Below the pieces are notes generated by a model. That model was not told where the DNA came from and made no database searches. It saw only the letters and a list, made by a program, of their open reading frames with translations. Below, in pieces: positions 20,610 to 30,064 of a stretch of 64,000 nucleotides of DNA. Numbering within the stretch: position 1 is the stretch's first letter; every line of letters starts with the position of its first letter. Made by a program: the position numbers and the translations under genes. This DNA is from Desulfuromonas sp. (GTDB lineage Bacteria > Desulfobacterota > Desulfuromonadia > Desulfuromonadales > Desulfuromonadaceae): positions 8,278 through 72,277 of the forward strand of contig JAVETC010000011.1 of NCBI GenBank assembly GCA_034006225.1, given 5' to 3'.

Positions 20610-21569
20610 TTATAGCGCGTGCTGCGCCAGTTCGTATAGTGCTTTAATAAATAAAGGGTTATCATTCAACGCCGGCGCACGCCCGAACCATGGCACATTA
20701 TTGGCCACAGCATAGTCTCGAAACTCAACATCAACCTCTTCTAAGGTTTCAATATGGTCGGAGACAAAGGACACCGGCACCACCAATAGCGACCGCTGCG
20801 CCCTACCTGCAGCCGCGATAAGTTCACGCGTATCTGGTTCCATCCATTTTACTGGGCCACTACGACTCTGGTAGCCGATCTGGTAAGCATAGTCGCCCAC
20901 ACGTGCCATCACTCCGGCAATAGTTTCATCAACATGCTCTTTATACGGATCTCCGCGCTCAATAAATTTTTGCGGCAAGGCGTGGGCAGAGAATAAAATA
21001 GACACCCGTTCACGCTCAGTATCTGGCATAGACACGAGCCCCACACGCACACATTCAGCCATAGCATCGAGATAGGCGGGCCAATCGTGCCATTGCTCAA
21101 TATAGGTACACTCCAATTGCGGATACAGGCGCTGCACCGCTGACTTAAAGTCTTTAATACTGCTGCCGGTTGTTGCCCCGGTATAGTGCGGATAGAGCGA
21201 CACTACTAATGCTTGTGTAGTCCCAGCAGTACGCAACTTAGCCACCACCTCATCAGCGCGCGGCTGCCAATAACGCATCGCGACATAGCCTTGCCACTGC
21301 TCACCTAGCAGTTGCGCAGTCTTTTCCGCCTGCAATTTGCTCCAAGCCAATTGCGGCGATTTTCCCCCGATACGGCGATAATTCTCCCGCACCTTTTTGG
21401 CGCGAAAATGGGAGATCAGCCGCGCAAATGGCTTTTGTAACACCGCCCCCAGTGGCAACTGAATCAAGTCGCGGTCGGAAAACAGATTGTAAAGAAATGG
21501 CTCCACTGCCGCGATAGAATCTGGCCCTCCCATATTGAGCAACACCAGAGCTTTTTTTGCTGATCTCAT
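20610..21569 (-). CDS. hemH: Ferrochelatase
   Basis: 319 aa. Ferrochelatase blocks LLNMGGP, SAHALP, and HIETLEE near the C-terminus. Confidence 0.9.
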   Translation of the reverse strand: MRSAKKALVLLNMGGPDSIAAVEPFLYNLFSDRDLIQLPLGAVLQKPFARLISHFRAKKVRENYRRIGGKSPQLAWSKLQAEKTAQLLGEQWQGYVAMRYWQPRADEVVAKLRTAGTTQALVVSLYPHYTGATTGSSIKDFKSAVQRLYPQLECTYIEQWHDWPAYLDAMAECVRVGLVSMPDTERERVSILFSAHALPQKFIERGDPYKEHVDETIAGVMARVGDYAYQIGYQSRSGPVKWMEPDTRELIAAAGRAQRSLLVVPVSFVSDHIETLEEVDVEFRDYAVANNVPWFGRAPALNDNPLFIKALYELAQHAL

Positions 21570-21585
21570 AGCACTCGCTTTCCTA

Positions 21586-21619
21586 TTAAAAAAGGGCGAT
21601 ACGTTACCGCATCGCCCTT
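21586..21619 (-). terminator. Rho-independent terminator after hemE
   Basis: The minus strand reads AAGGGCGAT-gcggtaacgt-ATCGCCCTT followed by TTTTTT. Confidence 0.6.
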
Positions 21620-21647
21620 ATGTCTGTTCTGTCTAAGCAACCTATTT

Positions 21648-22682
21648 CTATTTCTGACTCAGACGATGCACTGCATCTACCATAAAAATAGCTTTGGCTG
21701 GATCAACTGATGGGGTAATACCGTGGCCAAGGTTGAAAATAAAGCCCGGCCGATCGGCGTTTTCGTCGAGAATGCGCTGCACCTCCTGCTCGATATACTC
21801 GTTCGGAGCATAGAGAACTGATGGATCTAAATTGCCCTGCACTGCTACGTCAGCACCAAGAATATCCCGCGCTTTGCCTAAGTCGACATGCCAATCCAAA
21901 CCGACGACATCACTGCCAGCTTCCTTGACCAACTCCAACATGGTGCCAGCACCCTTAACAAAATAGATGATAGGAATATCTTTGCGGTTAAGTCCGGCAA
22001 TCAACTTTTTGCTATAGGGCAGAACAAATTTCTCAAAATCGTGCGGCGATACCAAACCACCCCAGGTATCGAAGATTTGAATAGTCTGCGCACCAGCCTC
22101 TATCTGCATATTAAGATAACGCCGATCCATCTCGGTGATCTTCTCCATCAACGCATGATATAGGCCAGGATCGCTATACATCATCTGCTTTAATGCAGCA
22201 AAATCTTTGCTCCCTTTGCCCTCAACCATATAGCAGGCAAGAGTAAAAGGGGCACCGCCAAAACCAATCAGAGGCACACGCCCAACAAATGCCTTACGCA
22301 GCAGCTTAATAATTTCCGGAACATAAGAGACTGCGGCAGCCATATCCTCGGGCACGACAAGCGCATCCACATCAGCCTGAGTGCGAATAGGCTGAGCAAA
22401 TAGCGGCCCTGGCACAAAATCCAACTTCATTCCCATCGGCTCTACTGGCGTGAGGATATCGGAAAACATGATAGCCGCATCGGCACCAAGAATATCTATA
22501 GGCTGAATGGAGACCTCAGCTGCACGCTGGGGATCTTTACACAGGTCAAGAAAGGTACCAGCACCGCGAGAGCGCACGGCACGATACTCGGGCAGATAAC
22601 GCCCAGCTTGGCGCATAAGCCATACCGGAACGCAATCAACAGGTTGGCCCCAACAGGCTTTGATAAAGTTGTATTCAGACAT
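21648..22682 (-). CDS. hemE: Uroporphyrinogen decarboxylase
   Basis: Start set to ATG (MSEYNF). Blocks PVWLMRQAGRYLPEY and FDTWGG are diagnostic. Confidence 0.9.
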   Translation of the reverse strand: MSEYNFIKACWGQPVDCVPVWLMRQAGRYLPEYRAVRSRGAGTFLDLCKDPQRAAEVSIQPIDILGADAAIMFSDILTPVEPMGMKLDFVPGPLFAQPIRTQADVDALVVPEDMAAAVSYVPEIIKLLRKAFVGRVPLIGFGGAPFTLACYMVEGKGSKDFAALKQMMYSDPGLYHALMEKITEMDRRYLNMQIEAGAQTIQIFDTWGGLVSPHDFEKFVLPYSKKLIAGLNRKDIPIIYFVKGAGTMLELVKEAGSDVVGLDWHVDLGKARDILGADVAVQGNLDPSVLYAPNEYIEQEVQRILDENADRPGFIFNLGHGITPSVDPAKAIFMVDAVHRLSQK

Positions 22683-22733
22683 ACACAAAGTTCCTTTATT
22701 AATTAAGATAATAGTCCAAAGCTATTACTACAG

Positions 22734-23837
22734 CTATTTAGCGTTCTTCTCTGCCGCCTCTTTATCCAGCCGCAGCTGGGTTTTACGTGGAATATAGTTA
22801 CAAAATGGCTCTTCGGCCATGTAATCACCATAGACCGCATCGGCACGAGCACGGCAACCGCCACAAACACCGATAAATTCGCACTCGCCACATTTGCCTT
22901 TATATTTAGAGAAGTCGCGCAGGTCGTTAAACACCTTGGAGTTAAACCATAACTCTTTAAATGGTATCTGCTTAACATTGCCGACGGATGAGTGGAAATA
23001 GGAGCATGGTTTTAGATTACCAAAGCAGTCGATCAAACAGATACTCTGGGCGGCAATACACCCTTTCCCGCCACCGGTAGAAAAGGTCAGGCTGCGGCGT
23101 TCAAATTCAACGCCCTCCTTCTTAGCCATCTGCGGCACAATACGGTAGTAGTGAGGAGCGCAGGTAGGGCGCATAAGAATTTGGTCCTCATTTTTCTCCT
23201 GCTGATAGTGCCAAGTCAAAATCTCTTCGTAGTCATCTTTAGAGACCAGCTCATTCATAATCTCTTCGCCGCGCCCCGTGGGTACGATCATAAACATGTA
23301 CCATGCCGTAGCGCCAAGAGCCTTGGCCAGATGAAAGGTATTGGCAATATCGTGCTGATTGCGCTTGGTAAATGAGGAGTTGATAAGAAATTTTATCCCA
23401 TTGCGCTTCAGGGTTTCCGCTGCCCGCTTCACCCCTTCAAAGGCACCTGGGCACTGGCGAAAATTGTCGTGGATTTCGGCAGTAGAACCATCAAGAGACA
23501 GTGAGACCATTTTGATATCGGCATCCACCATCTGGGCACAAATTTCATCGGTTACCAGAGTGCCATTGGTGGCAATACACATGCGCAACCCTTTAGAGGT
23601 CCCGTAGCGGGCGATATCGAACAGGTCCGGCCGAAGCAGCGGTTCACCACCAGAGAGCACAAGCACTGGCTTCGACACCTCGCAAATATCATCGATGATT
23701 TTATAGGCTTCAGCGGTGGTAAAATCCCCCGCAGCAGCACCCATATCCGATGAACAGCGACAATGGACACAAGACAAGTTACAGCGACGGGTGGTTTCCC
23801 AAGCTATCCACTTGGGGATATATTTCTCTTCGGCCAT
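22734..23837 (-). CDS. Radical SAM/SPASM-domain enzyme, AhbD/NirJ-like (candidate anaerobic coproheme decarboxylase)
   Basis: 367 aa. N-terminal [15 protein letters not shown] (CxxxCxxC); C-terminal Cys-rich SPASM region ...[17 protein letters not shown]; 45 bp upstream of hemE. Confidence 0.65.
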   Translation of the reverse strand: MAEEKYIPKWIAWETTRRCNLSCVHCRCSSDMGAAAGDFTTAEAYKIIDDICEVSKPVLVLSGGEPLLRPDLFDIARYGTSKGLRMCIATNGTLVTDEICAQMVDADIKMVSLSLDGSTAEIHDNFRQCPGAFEGVKRAAETLKRNGIKFLINSSFTKRNQHDIANTFHLAKALGATAWYMFMIVPTGRGEEIMNELVSKDDYEEILTWHYQQEKNEDQILMRPTCAPHYYRIVPQMAKKEGVEFERRSLTFSTGGGKGCIAAQSICLIDCFGNLKPCSYFHSSVGNVKQIPFKELWFNSKVFNDLRDFSKYKGKCGECEFIGVCGGCRARADAVYGDYMAEEPFCNYIPRKTQLRLDKEAAEKNAK

Positions 23838-23891
23838 TAGGCTGTTCTCCTGATTTTATACTATAGATTTTAGATTATTAAAGAGCCTCGG

Positions 23892-23920
23892 ATCATAACC
23901 CAGATCTATCCAACTGACAA
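23892..23920 (-). promoter_or_regulatory. Sigma70-like promoter for the radical SAM-hemE unit
   Basis: The minus strand reads TTGTCA, a 17-nt spacer, then TATGAT, about 55 bp upstream of ATG 23837. Confidence 0.45.
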
Positions 23921-23945
23921 GTTTTAGACAAGGGCTGGCACAGGT

Positions 23946-24467
23946 TTACTTGCTATCTTGGCCATCGCGCTGCGCCAATATTGCGACAATAGCTTCAGCT
24001 ACCTCCTCTTGGGAACTCACATCGTCAGTAATAGTGATATCTGCATAACGCCGATACAACTGGAGGCGCTCTTCGAAAAGCTGCGCAAAACTCTGTTCAG
24101 GAGCACAGGCGATACCGCGCGTATCAAAATTGTGAATACGCCGACAGATTTCAGCAAAGCTGGCGTCAAGGAAAACTATGGTCGAAATTTGCTGCAGATG
24201 CGCCATAGCTTTTGCGCTATACACGGCACTGCCACCGGTAGCAATCACCTGATGATCAATATTGAGGCGCAGAATCTCCTCCTCCTCAATCTGGCGCAGA
24301 TTGAGGTATCCGGTTTCATCCAGAATCTGTTGCAACGGTTGCTGGCGGTTGATCTGAATCAGGATATCGGTATCGATAAAGCCTAAGCTCATAGTCTTGG
24401 CCAAAATTATACCGATGGTGCTTTTGCCAGCACCAGGCATACCAATTAAGGTGACGTTAGTTTTCAT
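23946..24467 (-). CDS. aroK: Shikimate kinase
   Basis: 173 aa. Motifs LIGMPGAGKSTIG (P-loop), DTD and ATGGSAV. Confidence 0.85.
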   Translation of the reverse strand: MKTNVTLIGMPGAGKSTIGIILAKTMSLGFIDTDILIQINRQQPLQQILDETGYLNLRQIEEEEILRLNIDHQVIATGGSAVYSAKAMAHLQQISTIVFLDASFAEICRRIHNFDTRGIACAPEQSFAQLFEERLQLYRRYADITITDDVSSQEEVAEAIVAILAQRDGQDSK

Positions 24468-24506
24468 AGTTATCTCTTCTGCAGCATGAAATCGGGAACC
24501 AGCACC

Positions 24507-25148
24507 CTATCTAATCGCACTTACTGCGCCACGAACAAACTGCGTCCGTACCCAACCATAACCACCGTCAGACAGGCGTACATAGTACCACTGCGGTGCC
24601 GTTGCCAGCACCACTAGTTCATCTCCGGCGGCCACATGATCAATTACGGGGTGGAGAACGCCCGGCCCAGAGCGCACATTAAGCACCTCAACCGTAACCG
24701 CCACTGTGCCCAGCGCATTCGCCGGAACAGCCGTTACATCTGGCTGCGGTGCCGGCGGTGCACTCGGTGGCGGATTAACAACAACATAACCACGCGGATT
24801 GGGTTCATAGTACACATCGTTATAACGCGCATACATACGATTACCAAAACGCACATCTATGTAGCCTCGGGGAAGAGTTGAGATAACCAAACCGACCTGC
24901 GGTCTGACCACGCGATAGAAGTTGTCGTAGCGCCGATAAAAAATACCGCTTTTATAGTAGTGGTCACCATGCCGGCTGTGTAGAGTGCGATAACCGCGCG
25001 GCAGTTGTTTAATATTCTGACCATATTCCGGCCGGTGTCGGTCATTACGGCTTTTTGCTAGTGCGGGAACAGCGGGAAGCACAAAGCATAGCGACACCAG
25101 ACAGGCGACTAGCGCCATGCACATTTTTCTTGTGATTAACCTAGACAT
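24507..25148 (-). CDS. Secreted protein with three PRGY motifs and a C-terminal bacterial SH3 domain
   Basis: Start set to MSRLITRK, preceded by GGAG. Signal peptide ending PALA|K. C-terminal VNVRSGPG...WYYVRLSDGGYGWV is SH3b-like. Confidence 0.6.
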   Translation of the reverse strand: MSRLITRKMCMALVACLVSLCFVLPAVPALAKSRNDRHRPEYGQNIKQLPRGYRTLHSRHGDHYYKSGIFYRRYDNFYRVVRPQVGLVISTLPRGYIDVRFGNRMYARYNDVYYEPNPRGYVVVNPPPSAPPAPQPDVTAVPANALGTVAVTVEVLNVRSGPGVLHPVIDHVAAGDELVVLATAPQWYYVRLSDGGYGWVRTQFVRGAVSAIR

Positions 25149-25204
25149 AGTGATCTCCTCTTCTGACGCTACTACCAATAGTAGCGATGGCACTAATTGT
25201 AGCA

Positions 25205-25244
25205 CAAAAAAACCAGCGAACCGGCAATATGCCGACGCGCTGGT
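25205..25244 (-). terminator. Rho-independent terminator after the flavin oxidoreductase gene
   Basis: The minus strand reads ACCAGCG...CGCTGGT followed by TTTTTTT. Confidence 0.6.
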
Positions 25245-25304
25245 GAATAAATCGTTTGTGCTAAATGGGTAGGTAGCCGAGCAGTTGCTAGGGTTATTCA
25301 GCCA

Positions 25305-26357
25305 TCAATCGAAGAGTTCAGCAAAGATATCGGCCACCTTTTCAATCTTGTTGGCCTTCCAGGCATTAGTACCGCAGAAAATAAGCCCAGTTTCACTATC
25401 GCCGCGCTGGGAGCGATCTAGCGCATGCACTATGCAAAAATTTTCTCTATTTTTGCGATAACTACACTTCTTCAGACAGGCTGAAGGACAGCAGACATTG
25501 CCATCGATATCATGAGCACGAATTTTATCGAGATTACCCTTCAAGGCGCGTCCCGGCAATCCGGCTGGACTCATAATCAGACCAATATCCTCAGGAGTAC
25601 AGTCTAGGTAGGCCTGTTTAAATGAATCAGCGGCATCACACTCCTCAGTACACACAAAACGGCTGGCCATCTGGACAGCGTCAGCCCCATTGGCCAGTGC
25701 ATACTCTAAATCGGCACGATCCCACACACCACCAGCGGCGATGATAGGAATATCCAGATTATAGGTCTGGCGGAAGAGCTCTTTGACCCCACGCACGGTT
25801 GCGTACTGGTCATATTCCCCAGTACCGATATTCTCAATCTTTTCGCCCAGATGACCGCCAGCAGTATCAGGATCTTCCACTACCACAGCATCGGGCAGGC
25901 GATTGTAGGACTTGTGCCATTTGCGCGCGATCAACTCAGCAGCGCGCACTGATGACACAATCGGCACCAAGGCGACATCAGGATAATCAACAGTTAACCC
26001 CGGCAATGTCAACGGCAGACCGGCTCCGGTAACTAAAATTTTAGCTCCAGCTTCGCAGCTAGCACGCACCACATCGTCATAGTTGGTAACCGCCACCATA
26101 CAGTTAGTCCCAATAACTCCATCGGGCGCAATTTCGTAGGCCTTGCGTAGCTCCTCTTTTAACGCCAGCACATCAGCTTCGAAATATTTACATTTATCTT
26201 TATAGGGACTATTGAGCACCAGACCGGCTGTAGCAATCAGACCAATACCACCACACTTGGCGACATTGCCGGCTAGGCGAGCCGCCGAAATACGCACCCC
26301 CATACCTCCCTGAATCAGCGGATATGGCACAGTATATTTTCCTATTGTTAAAGGCAC
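25305..26357 (-). CDS. NAD(P)H-dependent flavin oxidoreductase of the nitronate monooxygenase / FabK-like family
   Basis: 350 aa. Motifs YPLIQGGMG and IIAAGGVWD, TIM-barrel FMN family; extra Cys-rich C-terminal segment. Confidence 0.75.
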   Translation of the reverse strand: MPLTIGKYTVPYPLIQGGMGVRISAARLAGNVAKCGGIGLIATAGLVLNSPYKDKCKYFEADVLALKEELRKAYEIAPDGVIGTNCMVAVTNYDDVVRASCEAGAKILVTGAGLPLTLPGLTVDYPDVALVPIVSSVRAAELIARKWHKSYNRLPDAVVVEDPDTAGGHLGEKIENIGTGEYDQYATVRGVKELFRQTYNLDIPIIAAGGVWDRADLEYALANGADAVQMASRFVCTEECDAADSFKQAYLDCTPEDIGLIMSPAGLPGRALKGNLDKIRAHDIDGNVCCPSACLKKCSYRKNRENFCIVHALDRSQRGDSETGLIFCGTNAWKANKIEKVADIFAELFD

Positions 26358-26527
26358 AGAAACAGCCCTCCTTATTTTGCATATTTAATCTACATATATT
26401 ATATTTACGAAAAAGCATGCTAACAGATAACAATCTAATTAATTGTAATAGTTATGTAAAAGTAACCAGGATAAAAGTCCCCTGAATCAGGTTGTTTTTA
26501 TCCTGCCAACAGTGGTAAACAATCTGC

Positions 26528-27487
26528 ATGAAGCTGCAACGCCCCAACATAAGCCCGCTAGTCGCCTTTATTGCCATCCAGTTGACATGGATTGTGGTAG
26601 TTATTTTTTGGATTGACTGGTTCCTCGGCAGCCACCGCAAACTGCGCGCTATCGCCGAAAAATACAGCCCCGAGTTGTTGCAATCCGGCATAGACTGGGT
26701 AATCCTGATCGAAGGGATCTTATTGCTCATCGTTATCTTGGTTGGAGTTTATGTCATCTTCCTCTACTGGCGCCGCCAGCTGGCCTTAAACCGTGAACAA
26801 AAGAATTTCATATCGCAAGTAACTCACGAGCTCAAATCTCCAGTTGCCTCCATTCAGCTGCATTTAGAGACCATTAAACGCCACCACCCCGCCGCTGAGC
26901 AGCTGGATAGCTTTGTTGACACCATGCTCACCGACACCGAACGCCTCAGCGGTTTGATCAATAAGATGCTCACCGCCAACCGTCTGGAGCAGGCGCGCTG
27001 GCGTTTAGCGCTGCGCCCGCACAATTTTTCTCAATTTATCAGCGACTATCTTGAGCAGTGGAGCAACAGCCAACCCGATAACATTGAGTTGACCCAGGCC
27101 ATTGACGCCAATATTTTTGTCAATATAGAGCCGGACTCTTTTGTCATGGTATTACGTAACCTGCTGGAAAATGCCGTGTTGTACTCCGACACTCCCGTGC
27201 ATATCCATGTGATACTTAACGCGGAAAACGGCAAATGCAACCTGCTGGTACGTGATTACGGCAGAGGCATAGCGGCTAGCGAACAACACAAAGTTTTTCG
27301 TCTGTTCTACCGTCTACATCGTGAAGATAGCCATATAAAGGGTTCTGGGCTAGGTCTATTCATCGTGCGCGCTTTAATCAAGCGGCACAAGGGCAAGATC
27401 TCGCTGTTTAGCAAAGGGGCCAACCAAGGAACAACCTTCCACATTGTCTTGCCCTTGGCCACCCCAGCAAGCGAAAGCACACCATGA
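26528..27487 (+). CDS. Sensor histidine kinase (2 TM, HisKA, HATPase_c)
   Basis: 319 aa. H-box FISQVTHELKSP; N, G1 and G2 boxes (LLENAVLYS, DYGRGI, GSGLGL). Confidence 0.85.
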   Translation: MKLQRPNISPLVAFIAIQLTWIVVVIFWIDWFLGSHRKLRAIAEKYSPELLQSGIDWVILIEGILLLIVILVGVYVIFLYWRRQLALNREQKNFISQVTHELKSPVASIQLHLETIKRHHPAAEQLDSFVDTMLTDTERLSGLINKMLTANRLEQARWRLALRPHNFSQFISDYLEQWSNSQPDNIELTQAIDANIFVNIEPDSFVMVLRNLLENAVLYSDTPVHIHVILNAENGKCNLLVRDYGRGIAASEQHKVFRLFYRLHREDSHIKGSGLGLFIVRALIKRHKGKISLFSKGANQGTTFHIVLPLATPASESTP

Positions 27488-28224
27488 ACAACGCAGCTAT
27501 AAATATTCTGCTGGTCGAAGATGAACTCCACATTGCGCAAGGGCTGATATTTAACCTGCAACAGGAGGGCTATCAAGTAATCCATTGCGTCACGGCTGAG
27601 GAGGCCATCGCGCAGTTAAACCAGCACCAATTCTCTTTGGCTATTCTCGATCGCATGCTGCCCGGCAAGGTTGATGGTTTAGCACTATGTAACCACATTC
27701 GCCAAAGCAATCATCAACTGCCAATTTTGATGCTTACCGCCATGAATCGCGACCAAGATCGCATTGACGGACTGCTTGAAGGTGCCGATGACTATGTCGC
27801 AAAACCATTTGTGCTCAATGAGTTACTGCTGCGTATTGCCGGCATGCTGCGCCGCTCTACCTGGTATCGCACGACTATTCCGCCCCAAGACAGCTACAGT
27901 TTTGGTCCATACATAGTCAACTTAGCTAGCGGCACAGTCAGTGGAACCGAGCACGACATTCAACTAACCGAGTTAGAGATTAAAATGTTGCGCGTATTTT
28001 TCAATCACGAAGGTGAGGTGTTATCGCGGGCATTTCTGTTGAAAGCGGTATGGGCTCTAGATCCGGACACCGAAACACGCACTCTGGATAATTTCATTGT
28101 GCGCCTGCGCAAATATTTTGAAGTTGACCCATCCAATCCCCAATATTTCACCACCGTGCGCGGGCGAGGTTATCGCTTTCATCGCCAAGCCACAGAAAAT
28201 AAGACGCATTTACATCTTGCATGA
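27484..28224 (+). CDS. OmpR/PhoB-family response regulator
   Basis: 246 aa. Receiver domain (ILDRMLPG, KPF) plus winged-helix C-terminus (VRGRGYRF). Overlaps the kinase gene by 4 nt. Confidence 0.9.
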   Translation: MNNAAINILLVEDELHIAQGLIFNLQQEGYQVIHCVTAEEAIAQLNQHQFSLAILDRMLPGKVDGLALCNHIRQSNHQLPILMLTAMNRDQDRIDGLLEGADDYVAKPFVLNELLLRIAGMLRRSTWYRTTIPPQDSYSFGPYIVNLASGTVSGTEHDIQLTELEIKMLRVFFNHEGEVLSRAFLLKAVWALDPDTETRTLDNFIVRLRKYFEVDPSNPQYFTTVRGRGYRFHRQATENKTHLHLA

Positions 28225-28335
28225 ACCACGATAATCCCTATAATTCACACAGCGTTTTATTTTAAGGTTAATCCGTTCCACCATATCATGTAGATATAAT
28301 AGCTATTTTCGATTGCATCCAAAGGAGAACAAAAC

Positions 28336-29328
28336 ATGAAAGCAGTAGTATTAGAGGGATTTGGCGGTCTGGAAGTTCTGAAAATTGGCGAGATTGACAA
28401 GCCAGCCCCCAAGGCCAACGAGGTCTTAATCAAAGTTGTCGCCACCAGCATCAACCGCCCCGATTTAGTTCAACGCGCCGGTAAATACCCTGCGCCTCCA
28501 GGTGACTCAGAAATTTTAGGCCTAGAGGTTTCCGGTGTTATTGCCGAACTCGGCAGTGAAGCCAAAGGTTGGAAAGTTGGCGACCGCGTGATCGCCCTTG
28601 TTGGCGGCGGCGGTTATGCTGAATATGCTGTGGCTTATGACAACCACGTCATGGCGCTGCCAGATAGCATGAGCTTTGAAGAGGGTGCTTGCGTCTGCGA
28701 AAGCTATATCACTGCCTTCCTCAACGTATTTATGATCGGCGGCCTAGAGGATGGCCAAACAGCCATTTTTCACGGCGGCGGCGGCGGCGTCAACACCGCT
28801 GCGATTCAACTCTCCAAAGCTCTCACCCCCAATGTCAAGATGGTCATCACCGCCAGCCCGGCCAAGATGGAGCGTGTGAAAGAACTTGGAGCAGATCTAG
28901 TAATTGACTACACTCAAACTCCAGATTTTGCCCCAGCCATCAAAGAGTTTACCAATAAAAAAGGGGTTAACCTGATTCTCGACCACGTGGGCGCTAAATA
29001 CCTCGCTCCCAACATGAACTCACTGGGCTACACAGGCAAATTGGTCATCATCGGCATCATCAGCGGCATCAAAGCCGAGCTCAACCTCGCCCTGATGATG
29101 GTTAAGCGCCAGCAAATTATCGGTTCGGTGTTGCGTTCACGCCCAGTAGCGGAAAAAGGGGATATCATTGCCGAGTTTACTCGGCGCGCCATACCCAAAT
29201 TCGCCGATCGCAGCATTGTGCCCATCATCGAAAAAGTGTTCCCTATTGACGAAGTTGTCGAGGCCCACCGCATGATGGAAGAGGATAAACATTTCGGTAA
29301 AATTGTTCTTAAAGTAAGTGAAGGTTAA
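28336..29328 (+). CDS. NAD(P)H:quinone oxidoreductase (zeta-crystallin / MDR family)
   Basis: 330 aa. Blocks INRPDLVQRAGKYP and the GGGGGV nucleotide motif. Confidence 0.8.
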   Translation: MKAVVLEGFGGLEVLKIGEIDKPAPKANEVLIKVVATSINRPDLVQRAGKYPAPPGDSEILGLEVSGVIAELGSEAKGWKVGDRVIALVGGGGYAEYAVAYDNHVMALPDSMSFEEGACVCESYITAFLNVFMIGGLEDGQTAIFHGGGGGVNTAAIQLSKALTPNVKMVITASPAKMERVKELGADLVIDYTQTPDFAPAIKEFTNKKGVNLILDHVGAKYLAPNMNSLGYTGKLVIIGIISGIKAELNLALMMVKRQQIIGSVLRSRPVAEKGDIIAEFTRRAIPKFADRSIVPIIEKVFPIDEVVEAHRMMEEDKHFGKIVLKVSEG

Positions 29329-29363
29329 GCTCAAGTAAAGCAGCACTGCCAAGCTAAACCAGC

Positions 29364-29409
29364 GCTGCAAACCTGTCTAAGCCACGAAAATCTTGGACAG
29401 GTTTGCAGC
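29364..29409 (+). terminator. Hairpin after the quinone oxidoreductase gene
   Basis: 14-bp stem gctgcaaacctgtc/gacaggtttgcagc; weak T-tract. Confidence 0.45.
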
Positions 29410-29433
29410 TTCATCCCACTAATAGGTAACCCT

Positions 29434-30039
29434 GTGACCACACCTGCCCTAAAATTAAATGTAGAGATCATCGATTCAACAACAGCATATAGCGGTTTTT
29501 TGAGCATTAAAAAGATACGGTTGCGCCACCGTCTGTATAACGGCGAGATGTCGCCGATAATAACCCGCGAGCTGATGGAACGCGGCCAGGCAGTAGCGGT
29601 ACTGCTGTATGATCCACAGCTAGATGCCGTGGTAATGGTGGAGCAGTTTCGCATTGGTGCTATAGATGACGAGAACAGCGCTTGGCTGCTGGAGTTGGTT
29701 GCAGGTGTGATTGAAGATGGCGAACAACCTGAAGAGGTTGCACGCCGTGAGAGTATGGAAGAGGCCAACTGTCCGCTACAGCAGCTTGAACTAATCAGCA
29801 ACTACTATGTATCACCAGGCGGCTGCACGGAGAAGATATATATCTACTTCGCCCAGATAGATAGCCAGGGTCTGCATGGAACAATCGCTGGGCTGGCCAC
29901 TGAGTCTGAAGATATTCGGGTTAAAGTTCTGCCCTGGCACGAGGTTGAGAAGATGTTAGAGGTGGGCACCATCAACAACGCGGCCGCAATTATCGGCCTG
30001 CGCTGGTTGCAAATTCAAAAACTTACTCACGCTATTTAA
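29434..30039 (+). CDS. nudF: ADP-ribose pyrophosphatase (Nudix)
   Basis: 201 aa, GTG start. Nudix box GVIEDGEQPEEVARRESMEEANC. Confidence 0.8.
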   Translation: MTTPALKLNVEIIDSTTAYSGFLSIKKIRLRHRLYNGEMSPIITRELMERGQAVAVLLYDPQLDAVVMVEQFRIGAIDDENSAWLLELVAGVIEDGEQPEEVARRESMEEANCPLQQLELISNYYVSPGGCTEKIYIYFAQIDSQGLHGTIAGLATESEDIRVKVLPWHEVEKMLEVGTINNAAAIIGLRWLQIQKLTHAI

Positions 30040-30064
30040 TCAGCATAGAAGAGATGGCCAGAGC

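Noticed and set aside
23931-23948. TGGCACAGGTTTACTTGC near the aroK stop looks sigma54-like.
   Set aside because: The spacing between GG and GC is 3 nt too long, and it points into the antisense of aroK.
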